This document shows positions 8,001-16,856 of a stretch of 47,711 bases of DNA, piece by piece. Under the pieces are notes generated by a model. That model did not search any database and was not told the DNA's origin. It worked only from the letters and a program-made list of their open reading frames with translations. Source of the DNA: Gammaproteobacteria bacterium (GTDB lineage Bacteria > Pseudomonadota > Gammaproteobacteria > Chromatiales > Chromatiaceae). The position numbers were made by a program, and so were the translations under genes. The stretch spans positions 1 through 47,711 of the forward strand of contig JASJBU010000004.1 of the NCBI GenBank assembly GCA_030066355.1. The letters run 5' to 3'. Within the stretch, counting starts at the first letter, position 1, and each line of letters opens with the position of its first letter.

Positions 8001-10919
8001 TTAAGGACACTCATAGTTTCCGCCTAGTCTGCCGTCGTGTTCTCCTGTCCCTTCATGGAGACCATCCCAGTTCCAATTGCTAGTTGCACCTGGGTTCGCT
8101 GGAAGGCCACCATCGCACTTGACACTGCCGTCAACGTAATTGTTGCTAGATAGGCCGCTGGCGTACAAAGTCCCGTTAAACATCTCAACATTACCATTGA
8201 CCGAACTACCAGCACCACCACCGATAAAGTCGACTATACGAGATCCTTCTTGTATGACGTTGCCGGTCACGTTTGCACCCTCATCCAGACAAACATCGCC
8301 ACCAACACCTTTAGCCTCGATGTTCCCTTCAATCGAACCTGAGACCCACAGGGTCCCACCGGAAAGTATGACGTTTCCAAATACAGTCCCCCCTGGAAGG
8401 ATCTGTACTGCCTGGTCTGGCGCAATGGTCACATTGCCTGAGAAAGGACCGGATATAATGTCTGGTGGTGTGGCGGTAACGACTGTCACTGTGGCAGTGC
8501 AGGAATTAGACTCGCCGAATTGGTCGGTTACTGTCAAAACTACCTTGGTATCTCCCAACGTGTAGGGTCCATAAGGTACTTGTTCTTGCGTGATTTGGAC
8601 ACCATCAGGATCATGAGAACCGTCATCCACAGACGCTGATTGGACACTACATGCACCTGTATCGGTTGTCACTGTGATGTCCTGACAGAGAGCTACTGGT
8701 GGAGCATTGACCTGAATGTTTACCGACTCGGTAGTGCTGTTACCCGCCAAGTCACTCACCGTAGCGGTAATGGTATGAGGTCCGATATCGAGGGATCGGG
8801 TTTCGCCGAAGGATAGACTGGACGCCGTAGTGTCGTTAGCAGGACCAGACACCTCGTGGATCAACTCCCCGTCCAAAGAAACCGTCAGGCTGAAACCATA
8901 GCCCTGGTCACTGGCAATAACATCGAGCTCTATAGCATTATCGAACGATTTGAAATAACTGCCATCGGCAGGAGAGTTGATTGTTACCTCAGGCAGCCAG
9001 TGATCCACATAGATATCCCGTGCGTTCGAGGATGCGTTGTCGTTGGTATCCAGCGCCACTACCGTGATAGTGTTTGCACCGGTGACCACCGCGAGGTCAT
9101 AGGTGTAGGAGACCTCGTTGGGATCTTCCGGGTTTCCGGTTGGGGTAATGGTAACACTCACACCGTTTACCGTGATGGAGGCCACGCCGGAGTCATCCGT
9201 GGCCGTGCCACTCACGTTCACGCTCTGGGCGTTTGTGATATCCCCGGCCGGTGGGGTCTCGACGGTCAGCGTCGGGCCGTCGAAGTCTCTGCCCTTCCGG
9301 ACACCACACTCGAGGCTCTCGTCAAACCGTGCGAAGGTAACGTAGCTGCCGTCCTCGGTGTAGGCACGAGCGTAGAAAGGATAGGTGGCTGGATAGCCGT
9401 GCACTTCGACCTCAGGAGCTTCCATTTCTGGTGGATACGAATATCCGTTGACGTAGACATAAAACTTCTGTTTCCCATCTTCGTAGATAGGCGTGGAGCC
9501 GTCGAGCCTCGGGTTCCGGAGCAGGCCGCCCGATGCGTCTCTGAACCGCACCAAAAGCGATCCGGTGCAGTACTCACGATCCTGCACGGTCGTTGCGCCC
9601 GGTTCGACATCGACGTTCTGGCCGAAGTTGTAGTAGTTGCCGTCGTAGTAATAATTGTAATCTTGGATCGTGAAAATAGAGCGGTTCTGATAACCAAGAT
9701 CGTAATTACGTTCATAGGCGTACAGGTAATCCGACCGCCACGGCCCCGGCGTCAGGAAGAGTCGATATGTCGTGGGATTCGGATCCGTGCCATATTTCGT
9801 CTGATGTGTGTACCCGTAATAAGTGGGTTGTGTAACCCATCCGGTGCCCGGCTCATAAATAGAGCTAATGCCTTGTGCGCGCAGCTGGAAAGAATTTAGA
9901 TCCTCATTGGCCAGCGTACCGGTCAGCGTCACGTCGCCGGTAAGTATTCCCGTATCGCTGATGAAGTCCAGGGTATAGTTACCCCCGGCAACCACGTTTA
10001 AAATGTTGTTTTGGCGAATTCCGTCAATGAACGGCCACCTGAAGTACGTACTGTAGTTATCGAAATAACTATAGGCCCGTATGTACTGCGATCCAGTCTG
10101 TACTTGGTCCATATAGTAATGGGCCGGATTAGTATATTGATAATCCCGATCGCCAGATGCATAGACGTAATGGTAGTTAAAACTATCCACCCCAATGAGT
10201 TCAATGTCTCCTTGCACGACCCCGTAATCATTCGGCGTAGCGTCGTGCACTATATCGATCGGGACCACGACCGTCTCGCCCGCTGCGATGTCCTTATAGT
10301 AGTACGGAGAGGCAATCCCAAAATCATACCGCTTCCCGTCTATGTAGACATAGGCGTAGATCCTCACTCCCGTGTTCGGCACGACCGGCATTTCCCAGAT
10401 GCCGTCTGGCGTATCGCTACTGCGCGTATAGCCGTAAGAGTTGGTCCGCTCTTCACCGGCCACGTAGTTGTTATACGCATAGCCATTCGTGGACCAGCTA
10501 TTGTACGCGTCGCCCGTGATATTGATCTGGAACTCGATAACACCCGGGTTCGCGACATTGTAGTCGTTCTGCACCGTCTCGCCTTCCGACACTGCCATGG
10601 TCCGATTACTGAAGTACATCTGCGTGTACGGGTAATAGCTCGTTGTCGGCCTTATATACGCGCGCGCATTGACGTTATACTCCCAAGGCCCGCCCTGCAC
10701 CGTCAGTGTGTAGGTATTGCCCGACGTGCTCTTGCTCGAGGAGTATCCCCCGCCGCTGGCACTGACGTGTGTGCTGTAAACATTGAAGTCGCCCACGGTC
10801 ACAGTACCTTGGATATAGCCGGGATAGAGGACGACGTCGGCTACGGCCGCCACGGGCAGCAGTAGAATACTGGCCACTTTCAACAAGCGGGCCAAGTTAA
10901 GCTTATTGAAGACTCTCAT
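8001..10919 (-). CDS. Large secreted multidomain protein: Tyr/Asn-rich repeated beta modules, Ig-like domains, an HYR-like domain, and a C-terminal GNV-repeat (beta-helix-like) region
   Basis: 972 aa. Signal peptide MRVFNKLNLARLLKVASILLLPVAAVA.
- The N-terminal ~550 aa have 3-4 modules opening G(Y/V/I)(I/V/L)xGxV (carboxypeptidase-regulatory-like feel) and unusually high Tyr content.
- The middle has Ig-like repeats (DDSGVASITVNGVSVTI; SLTVSLDGELIHEV; HTITATVSDLAGNSTT).
- CQDITVTTDTGACSVQSASVDDGSHDPDG...TVTDQFGESNSCTATVTV resembles a HYR domain.
- The tail has GNVxxxG repeats. Confidence 0.8.
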   Translation of the reverse strand: MRVFNKLNLARLLKVASILLLPVAAVADVVLYPGYIQGTVTVGDFNVYSTHVSASGGGYSSSKSTSGNTYTLTVQGGPWEYNVNARAYIRPTTSYYPYTQMYFSNRTMAVSEGETVQNDYNVANPGVIEFQINITGDAYNSWSTNGYAYNNYVAGEERTNSYGYTRSSDTPDGIWEMPVVPNTGVRIYAYVYIDGKRYDFGIASPYYYKDIAAGETVVVPIDIVHDATPNDYGVVQGDIELIGVDSFNYHYVYASGDRDYQYTNPAHYYMDQVQTGSQYIRAYSYFDNYSTYFRWPFIDGIRQNNILNVVAGGNYTLDFISDTGILTGDVTLTGTLANEDLNSFQLRAQGISSIYEPGTGWVTQPTYYGYTHQTKYGTDPNPTTYRLFLTPGPWRSDYLYAYERNYDLGYQNRSIFTIQDYNYYYDGNYYNFGQNVDVEPGATTVQDREYCTGSLLVRFRDASGGLLRNPRLDGSTPIYEDGKQKFYVYVNGYSYPPEMEAPEVEVHGYPATYPFYARAYTEDGSYVTFARFDESLECGVRKGRDFDGPTLTVETPPAGDITNAQSVNVSGTATDDSGVASITVNGVSVTITPTGNPEDPNEVSYTYDLAVVTGANTITVVALDTNDNASSNARDIYVDHWLPEVTINSPADGSYFKSFDNAIELDVIASDQGYGFSLTVSLDGELIHEVSGPANDTTASSLSFGETRSLDIGPHTITATVSDLAGNSTTESVNIQVNAPPVALCQDITVTTDTGACSVQSASVDDGSHDPDGVQITQEQVPYGPYTLGDTKVVLTVTDQFGESNSCTATVTVVTATPPDIISGPFSGNVTIAPDQAVQILPGGTVFGNVILSGGTLWVSGSIEGNIEAKGVGGDVCLDEGANVTGNVIQEGSRIVDFIGGGAGSSVNGNVEMFNGTLYASGLSSNNYVDGSVKCDGGLPANPGATSNWNWDGLHEGTGEHDGRLGGNYECP

Positions 10920-10949
10920 GATCTCACCTTATCTCTGATTAAGCTGGTG

Positions 10950-11354
10950 CTACTGCACCAGCGTGCCGTTCACATACACCGTCTGCTGTTCGTCGGCGGC
11001 ATTAAGGTACTCCACCTTCAGAGTTGCCTCGGCCTCGGGAGCAGCCACTTCACCCGGCGCGCTGAACTGCTCGACGAACTGCGCCGCCTCGCCAGCACCC
11101 AGGGCCGGCACGACGACCGGTTGGTTGCCGTAGGTGATATGGTTCTGACCATCCACGCTAAACACCAGATTCGTCACATCGACGCCGCTGGCGTTGACGA
11201 TATTGAAAACCACAAGTCCGGAAACGATACCGTCGGCCGACGAGACGTTGCTCTGTTCAAAAGTGATGTGGAAGGGATCTTCAGCCAGGGTAGGCTGAGT
11301 GAGAAAAAGTAGAAATGCGCCCACAACCGGCGCAAAGACAGGCTTCATTTTCAT
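10950..11354 (-). CDS. Small secreted hypothetical protein, co-oriented 30 nt upstream of the 972-aa gene
   Basis: 134 aa. Signal peptide MKMKPVFAPVVGAFLLFLTQPTLA/ED. RBS aggaggagg. Composition is beta-rich. An AT-rich putative promoter region lies upstream (11355-11740). Confidence 0.65.
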   Translation of the reverse strand: MKMKPVFAPVVGAFLLFLTQPTLAEDPFHITFEQSNVSSADGIVSGLVVFNIVNASGVDVTNLVFSVDGQNHITYGNQPVVVPALGAGEAAQFVEQFSAPGEVAAPEAEATLKVEYLNAADEQQTVYVNGTLVQ

Positions 11355-11740
11355 GGGACTTCCTCCTCCTTACTCCGCATCGAAGTGGGTGCGAAACAAG
11401 GCTGCAAACTGTTTTGAATATTATTTCTAACTTATGTATTTATGTGTGCTGTCTGGCTTCAATAGGCTCTTATCTCCTTTAAAATCCTAATAACATAAAT
11501 TTAATAAGGGATTTGCGAGACTGTCTATTGTCCTTATTGGTTATTAAGCTTGGAATCGATTGATCTTGGTCAGGAAAAGTAAATAAATTCCTACATCAAT
11601 TGCAGCTTTTCAATGACAAATGGATTTTTTGCCTTGATTTGAACTGCTTTTGATCAGGCTATGGTAAATAAGCTTGGAAGTGTAAAATGTGCCGCCTTAT
11701 CTAAAGTCCAACCAAGGGCAACCATTAACGGGGAGCAGCT

Positions 11741-12145
11741 TTGAGCGATTCGAATGTCAGTATTCATGTAGAGCCGGGCGGGAGACTCTCTGGCAAATTG
11801 CGGGTGCCCGGAGACAAATCCATCTCCCACCGCTCGATCATGCTTGATTCCCTGACTGAAGGAGTGATGGAAGTCAGTGGTTTTTTAGAGGGGGATGACA
11901 GCCTAACCACACCAACGCCTTTCAACAGATAGGGTCAAGATCGTTGAGCCGGACGCAGGACTAGTGGTGATTCACGGGGTCGGCATGCACGGGCTCCAAA
12001 CGCCTGATGCGCCTATCGATCTGGGAAATTCCGGAACCTCCATGCGGCTGCTTTCCGGTCTGCTGGCTTGGGAGGGCTTTGAGGTCAATCTCACAGGAGA
12101 CAGATCTCTTTCCGGTCGGCCCATGAAACAAGTTACCGAACTCAA
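11741..12145 (+). pseudogene. aroA: Truncated, frameshifted 5' fragment of aroA (EPSP synthase)
   Basis: - Frame 1: LSGKLRVPGDKSISHRSIMLDSLTEGVMEVSGFLEGDDSL.
- A second frame reads NAFQQIG.
- A third frame reads VKIVEPDAGLVVIHGVGMHGLQTPDAPIDLGNSGTSMRLLSGLL..LTGDRSLSGRPMKQVTE.
All are collinear with AroA residues about 1-135. Similarity ends near 12145, and the remaining roughly two thirds of the gene is absent. Confidence 0.8.
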
Positions 12146-12202
12146 TAAACCGTACCGACTATCGCTTCATCGTCAAAAGACGCCATGGATTAAAAAGGCA
12201 TG

Positions 12203-12273
12203 AAAAAACCGCTACCTTCTTGAAAAAAGTTAGCGGTTCCATAAAAAAGGCGCTGCCCTTGTGGGGCAACGCC
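12203..12273 (-). terminator. Tandem rho-independent terminators downstream of dsrE2 (the second is copy B of the repeated hairpin)
   Basis: On the minus strand: GGCGTTGCCCC-ACAA-GGGCAGCGCC+TTTTTT (12243-12273), then AACCGCTA-16 nt loop-TAGCGGTT+TTTTT (12203-12238). Confidence 0.55.
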
Positions 12274-12295
12274 CTGCACTGCGATTTACAACGGG

Positions 12296-12775
12296 TCAGA
12301 TGTAAAGGCAGATATCACTTTCTCCGGCGAACTCGAAGAAACGAGCCGCACCGGCATATTCGATCCCGTCGATGAACTCTGCGGTATCCAGTTCAAACAG
12401 ATCCACAGTCATCTGGCAGGCAATCAATTTAACCTCTGCCTCTTGGCAGAGTTCACGCAATTCCGCAAGGCCTGCGACGCCCTTGGAGGCCATCTTCTTT
12501 TTCATCATGGAGGTCATCATGCCCTGCATGCCCGGCAACGCCAGACCCAGCACAGGAAACCACTTGTCCATGCCCATCGGCATTGGCATACCCGGATTAC
12601 CCAGCGGGGTCACCTGCAGGTCAAGATCCTTTTTCAGCAATTGAAGGCCGTAAAAGGTGAAGAAAATCTCGGTCTCATAACCGAGCGCAGCGGCTGTCGA
12701 GGCCAGAATGAAGGGCGGGTAGGCCCAATCAAGAGAACCTTTCGTAGCGATGATGGCTAATTTTTTCTCATCCAT
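12296..12775 (-). CDS. dsrE2: DsrE/DsrF-like sulfur-relay family protein (DsrE2-type)
   Basis: 159 aa. The N-terminal LAIIATKGSLDWAYPPFILAS and C-terminal KLIACQMTVDLF are typical of the DsrE2/COG2210 group. It has a Met-rich hydrophobic insert. It sits directly downstream of tusA and rhd, as in the rhd-tusA-dsrE2 cluster of purple sulfur bacteria. Confidence 0.8.
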   Translation of the reverse strand: MDEKKLAIIATKGSLDWAYPPFILASTAAALGYETEIFFTFYGLQLLKKDLDLQVTPLGNPGMPMPMGMDKWFPVLGLALPGMQGMMTSMMKKKMASKGVAGLAELRELCQEAEVKLIACQMTVDLFELDTAEFIDGIEYAGAARFFEFAGESDICLYI

Positions 12776-12806
12776 CTGTCTCTCTCCTCAGATTGGGGAT
12801 CAGAAG

Positions 12807-13037
12807 TTAGGCCTTCTTGATCAGGAATTCGAATTTACCGCCGACTTCCTTGGACTCCATGAGCTCGTTGCCGGTCTGATTGGCGAAGGCCTCGAAATCC
12901 TTCACGGAACCGGGATCGGTCGCGATGATATGCAGAACCTGACCAGATTCCATGCCGTTGAGAGTCTTTTTGGCACGCAAAATTGGCAGAGGGCAGTTCA
13001 GTCCACTTGCGTCCAGTTCTTGATCAAAATCTGCCAT
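12807..13037 (-). CDS. tusA: TusA-family sulfurtransferase
   Basis: 76 aa. LDASGLNCPLPILRAKKTL carries the CPxP active-site motif. Size and fold pattern are typical of TusA/SirA. Confidence 0.9.
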   Translation of the reverse strand: MADFDQELDASGLNCPLPILRAKKTLNGMESGQVLHIIATDPGSVKDFEAFANQTGNELMESKEVGGKFEFLIKKA

Positions 13038-13167
13038 GGTACGACCTCCAGTATATGGCTGTATTAGAATGTAGGAAAAAACCAGGGTTTGAATTTATAT
13101 GCGAAGCGCGTCTGAAACGCAAGTAAAACCTCGCATGAGTCTCCGGCAAAATACTGAGCCCAGTCGC

Positions 13168-13494
13168 TCAACTCGCTTTCCTGACCGCAAGCTGATAACC
13201 CGACCTAGCCCAGCCGAGGATTCCTCCCTGCAGATTGATGACGTTCTCATAGCCCTGTTGAGCCAGATAGGCACAGGCATGAAATGAGCGGGCGCCACTG
13301 TGGCAGTACAGCACTACATCCTTGTCTGTCGGCAGTTCATCGATACGTACCGGGATCAGGTGCATCGGTAAGTGATCTGCATCTGGCAACATACCCTGGA
13401 CCAGTTCTCCTGTACTCCGGATATCCAGTAAAACAAGATCATCACCTTTGGCGATGCGTGCCTGCAACTCAGCGGCATCGATTTCCTTTACCAC
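13168..13494 (-). CDS. Single-domain rhodanese sulfurtransferase
   Basis: LVLLDIRSTGE..DKDVVLYCHSGARSFHACAYLAQQGYENVINLQGGILGW has the CxxGxR active-site loop. The start was moved to the GTG at 13494 (GAGGT lies 7 nt upstream). The track ORF extends to 13701 through an AT-rich, non-protein-like stretch, so the start is uncertain. Confidence 0.75.
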   Translation of the reverse strand: MVKEIDAAELQARIAKGDDLVLLDIRSTGELVQGMLPDADHLPMHLIPVRIDELPTDKDVVLYCHSGARSFHACAYLAQQGYENVINLQGGILGWARSGYQLAVRKAS

Positions 13495-13732
13495 AATCTC
13501 AACCTCGTCTCTATTAACCGAATAAATTAGTATATTAATATTTTTAAATATTTCAAGTATGATGATTGTTTGATCTTTGAATCGTGCGCGTCTTCGAACA
13601 GCTAACAGGCTCGGTCGATTCACGTTAAAACCGGTTGGCTGAAAGCGGAATTCCATATGACGGTCGCCAACATTCAGCATCGAGGCAACCGGCCACATCA
13701 AATTTATGGTTTTTTGATATCAGGTTGATGAC

Positions 13733-15157
13733 ATGGACTATTTTCCCATCTTTCTCGATATAAAGAGCAAACAATGTCTGGTGGTCGGCGGAGGGGCCGT
13801 CGCGGAACGCAAGACCGCATCACTGCTCAAATCAGGAGCGGATGTGATCCTTATCTCACCCACCCTGACCGCCAGTTTGAGCAGCTGGCGTGACGCTGGC
13901 CAACTCACGCATATCGAAAGGATGTTCGATGACCGGGATCTGACGGGCGCCCATCTGGTGATCGCTGCCACCAGCGACCGACAGGTTAATCGACGTATCG
14001 CGGAACTTGCCAATAATCAACGGATCCCGATCAATGTGGCGGATCAACCAGAGCTATGCAGCTTTATCGTACCGTCAGTCATCGACCGTTCACCGGTGGT
14101 GGCGGCTATCTCCACCGGTGGCGCATCACCCGTGCTCGCCCGCCTGATCCGCTCCCGGATGGAATCGATGATCCCCGCCGGTTACGGACGTCTCGCTGAA
14201 CTCTGCAGCCGCTTCCGCCAAAAGGTCAAGGAGACCTTCGTCAATCCCACCGACCGCCGGCTGTTCTGGGACCGAGTATTGGATGGCGGCGTTGCGGAAC
14301 GCATCTTCACCGGTCACGCCGAAGAGGCAGATCAGTTGATGGAAAAGGCCCTCGGCGAGGCCAGGCTGTTCGACGGTATGGGCGAGGTCTATCTGGTGGG
14401 GGCCGGCCCAGGCGATCCGGATCTACTCACCTTCCGCGCCCTGCGTCTCATGCAGCAGGCCGACGTGGTGGTCTACGATCGACTGGTGGCCAAACCGATC
14501 CTGGAAATGGCCCGTCACGACGCCGAGCATATTTATGTCGGCAAGGAGCGGGACAAGCATGCCATGCGCCAGGAAGAGATCAACAAGTTGCTGGCCCGTC
14601 TTGCCAAAGCGGGCAAGCGTGTCGTGCGTCTGAAAGGCGGCGATCCCTTCATCTTCGGCCGCGGTGGTGAGGAGATCGACACCCTGGCCGAAGAGGGTGT
14701 GCCATTCCAGGTGATCCCCGGTATTACGGCGGCAGCTGGCTGTGCCTCCTACTCGGGCATCCCGCTGACCCACCGTGACTACGCCCAGTCTGTGACCTTC
14801 GTTACCGGCCACCTCAAGGATGGCAGCATGAATTTGAATTGGTCGATGCTCGCACAACCCAACCAGACCCTCGTGTTTTATATGGGACTGGTGGGACTAC
14901 CGGTCATCTGCCGGGAACTCAAGGCCCAAGGCGTGGCAGCGGATATGCCGGTAGCCCTGATCCAACAGGGCACCACCCAGATGCAACGGGTCTTCATCGG
15001 CAACCTGGGCAATATCATAGAGATCGTCGAACGGGAGAAACCCAAACCCCCAACCCTGATCATCGTCGGCCGGGTGGTCGAACTGCAGGAGAAGCTATCC
15101 TGGTACAAGGCACCGGAGCACTCCGAACAGGGGGCGACTTCGCCGGTCGATTTCTGA
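13733..15157 (+). CDS. cysG: Siroheme synthase (precorrin-2 dehydrogenase / sirohydrochlorin ferrochelatase / uroporphyrinogen-III C-methyltransferase)
   Basis: 474 aa. The N-terminus is MDYFPIFLDIKSKQCLVVGGGAVAERK. The methyltransferase half has VYLVGAGPGDPDLLTFRAL..VVVYDRLV..RLKGGDPFIFGRGGEE. Confidence 0.95.
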   Translation: MDYFPIFLDIKSKQCLVVGGGAVAERKTASLLKSGADVILISPTLTASLSSWRDAGQLTHIERMFDDRDLTGAHLVIAATSDRQVNRRIAELANNQRIPINVADQPELCSFIVPSVIDRSPVVAAISTGGASPVLARLIRSRMESMIPAGYGRLAELCSRFRQKVKETFVNPTDRRLFWDRVLDGGVAERIFTGHAEEADQLMEKALGEARLFDGMGEVYLVGAGPGDPDLLTFRALRLMQQADVVVYDRLVAKPILEMARHDAEHIYVGKERDKHAMRQEEINKLLARLAKAGKRVVRLKGGDPFIFGRGGEEIDTLAEEGVPFQVIPGITAAAGCASYSGIPLTHRDYAQSVTFVTGHLKDGSMNLNWSMLAQPNQTLVFYMGLVGLPVICRELKAQGVAADMPVALIQQGTTQMQRVFIGNLGNIIEIVEREKPKPPTLIIVGRVVELQEKLSWYKAPEHSEQGATSPVDF

Positions 15158-15421
15158 CTTCACTGGTTCTTTGGCTTGGTTAAAAAGGTACAGAGTACAT
15201 CGAGGAAAGCTCTAAACGGCGCCTTGCTAAAGGCCTATTCTCCCCTGTGTTCAGGCAATCAGGCAGCGACCGCTTGGAGCTTGAAATCGAGGAAGCTTGT
15301 CGACAGGTTCGCACAAGCGGTGTGATTCCCGGTGTGCTGCTTGCCATACCGCGGCCACTGCGACTGCCCCGCAAGTACTGCTTATCTCTGTGGCTCTGCA
15401 TGGGTCCAGCGGAGATCCAGG

Positions 15422-15886
15422 CTATTTCGGACTGAGCTGATCCTCCCGCAGGCGGGGGGTGAAATACACCTCCGCATCGTCCACGTCCACGGGATCGCCC
15501 TGCCTGTCCACCAAGGGCTGTTCGAAATCATTCCAGCCCCGCAGGCCGGTTTTCAGCGAAACGACGTTTTCAAAGCCGAGCATCTTCATGGAGAAGGCGG
15601 ACAGTACACTTCGGTAGCCAGAGCGGCAAACCACAACCACTTCACGCTCCCGCGCTTTCACCAGTTCCGGAATGGTCTCCTCGTAATCCCATTCACAGGC
15701 CGACTCGAGGATTCCCCGGGGTACAGAGAGTGAACCTTGTATATGCATCGCGTCATACTCGTAGGGTTCGCGTACATCCACCACCAGCAGATCCGGGTTG
15801 GCGGCTAGCCTCTCCTCCAGATCCCAGGGCATGATCTCCCCCACATCACCGAGGCAGTCACTGATCAAATCCAGAAATTTCTTCAT
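15422..15886 (-). CDS. Rhodanese-domain protein
   Basis: 154 aa. LLVVDVREPYEYD..VVVVCRSGYRSVLSAFSMKMLGFENVVSLKTGLRGW (active-site CRSGYRS). Confidence 0.85.
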   Translation of the reverse strand: MKKFLDLISDCLGDVGEIMPWDLEERLAANPDLLVVDVREPYEYDAMHIQGSLSVPRGILESACEWDYEETIPELVKAREREVVVVCRSGYRSVLSAFSMKMLGFENVVSLKTGLRGWNDFEQPLVDRQGDPVDVDDAEVYFTPRLREDQLSPK

Positions 15887-16199
15887 CTCACCTTCATTCC
15901 CCCGTCAGGAGTTCATACCATTCTATGAGCCTGTTGCCAGGTCTGCATTGACATTTGGCCCGCAGTTTTCATCACAATCCGGAATTTTGGGGCAAACAGC
16001 TCAAGCAGATTGTGCATCGTCCAGCACAACATGGCTGCAGCTATGGCTCATGGAGGATGCTGTAAGCTGCACAGCCAGATTGTTCCAAATACCGGATAGG
16101 ACAGCGTGAATTAGGTAAATCAACCGCATTTAACTGCCAATGAGCCGTTAATTACACATACCTTTCAGTCGAGTGTCACAGTGCACTGAGACATCCGGG

Positions 16200-16856
16200 C
16201 TAACCCCTGGCACAGAGGTTTTGCTCCACGGCGATGACTGCCGCCTCCACCCGTGAATGGACATCCAGTTTGCGCAGAATCGCCTTCACGTGCAGCTTGA
16301 CTGTTCCGTCGGAGATGCCGAGATGCCGTGCAATGACCTTATTGCTCTGGCCATCCGCCAGATGACAGAGGATCTCCCGTTCACGGGGTGTCAGATCGTC
16401 CAACGACGAGGTCTGGGTGCCGCGCATATGCACTTCACCCTGTACTGCTTTGGCCAGCACGCCGGTGAGCTCCTTGGCGACCACCGTATTGCCCTGCACG
16501 ATCTGTTGCAGGGCATCGATCAACTCGTCAGGTTCCATATCCTTGAGCAGGTAACCCTGGGCACCGTTCTGCAAGGCGTCGATGACATCCTTTTCATCCC
16601 GGCTCGTGGTAAGCATGCAGATGGGCATATTCTGCTGATCCTTGCGCAGCTGGATCAGCATATCGATACCGGTCATGTCGGGCATGCGCATATCCAACAG
16701 GACCACGTCGGGCTGCTCCTCTCTGACCAGGGAGCGCCCCTGTTCACAATTCCCCACAGCGAGTACATCCAGGCCCCGGCGTTCCAGCAGTTCCTGCAAA
16801 CCGACCCTGAACAAGGCATGATCGTCAATCAGCAATACTCGCATCTGTCCGCTCAT
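16200..16856 (-). CDS. NarL/FixJ-family response regulator (REC + LuxR-type HTH)
   Basis: MRVLLIDDHALFRVGL..DVVLLDMRMPDMTGI, then LTPREREILCHLADGQSNKVIARHLGISDGTVKLHVKAILRKL. The ATG overlaps the kinase stop (ATGA). Confidence 0.9.
   Translation of the reverse strand: MSGQMRVLLIDDHALFRVGLQELLERRGLDVLAVGNCEQGRSLVREEQPDVVLLDMRMPDMTGIDMLIQLRKDQQNMPICMLTTSRDEKDVIDALQNGAQGYLLKDMEPDELIDALQQIVQGNTVVAKELTGVLAKAVQGEVHMRGTQTSSLDDLTPREREILCHLADGQSNKVIARHLGISDGTVKLHVKAILRKLDVHSRVEAAVIAVEQNLCARG

Noticed and set aside
8856-10865. Long plus-strand ORFs (347 aa at 8856-9899, 284 aa at 10011-10865) opposite the 972-aa gene
   Set aside because: Their composition is Arg/Val/His/Ile-rich and low-complexity, with no motifs. 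They lie entirely antisense to a protein-like ORF that has a signal peptide and recognisable domains, so they are treated as shadow ORFs.
11964-12203. 79-aa ORF treated as an independent gene
   Set aside because: Its first ~60 residues are collinear with AroA residues ~75-135. It follows frameshifted AroA N-terminal sequence, so it is part of the aroA pseudogene rather than a gene.
13495-13701. N-terminal 69-codon extension of the rhodanese ORF
   Set aside because: It runs through an AT-rich promoter-like tract and encodes a non-protein-like sequence (IIILEIFKNINILIYS). A GTG with a good RBS sits right at the start of the rhodanese domain.
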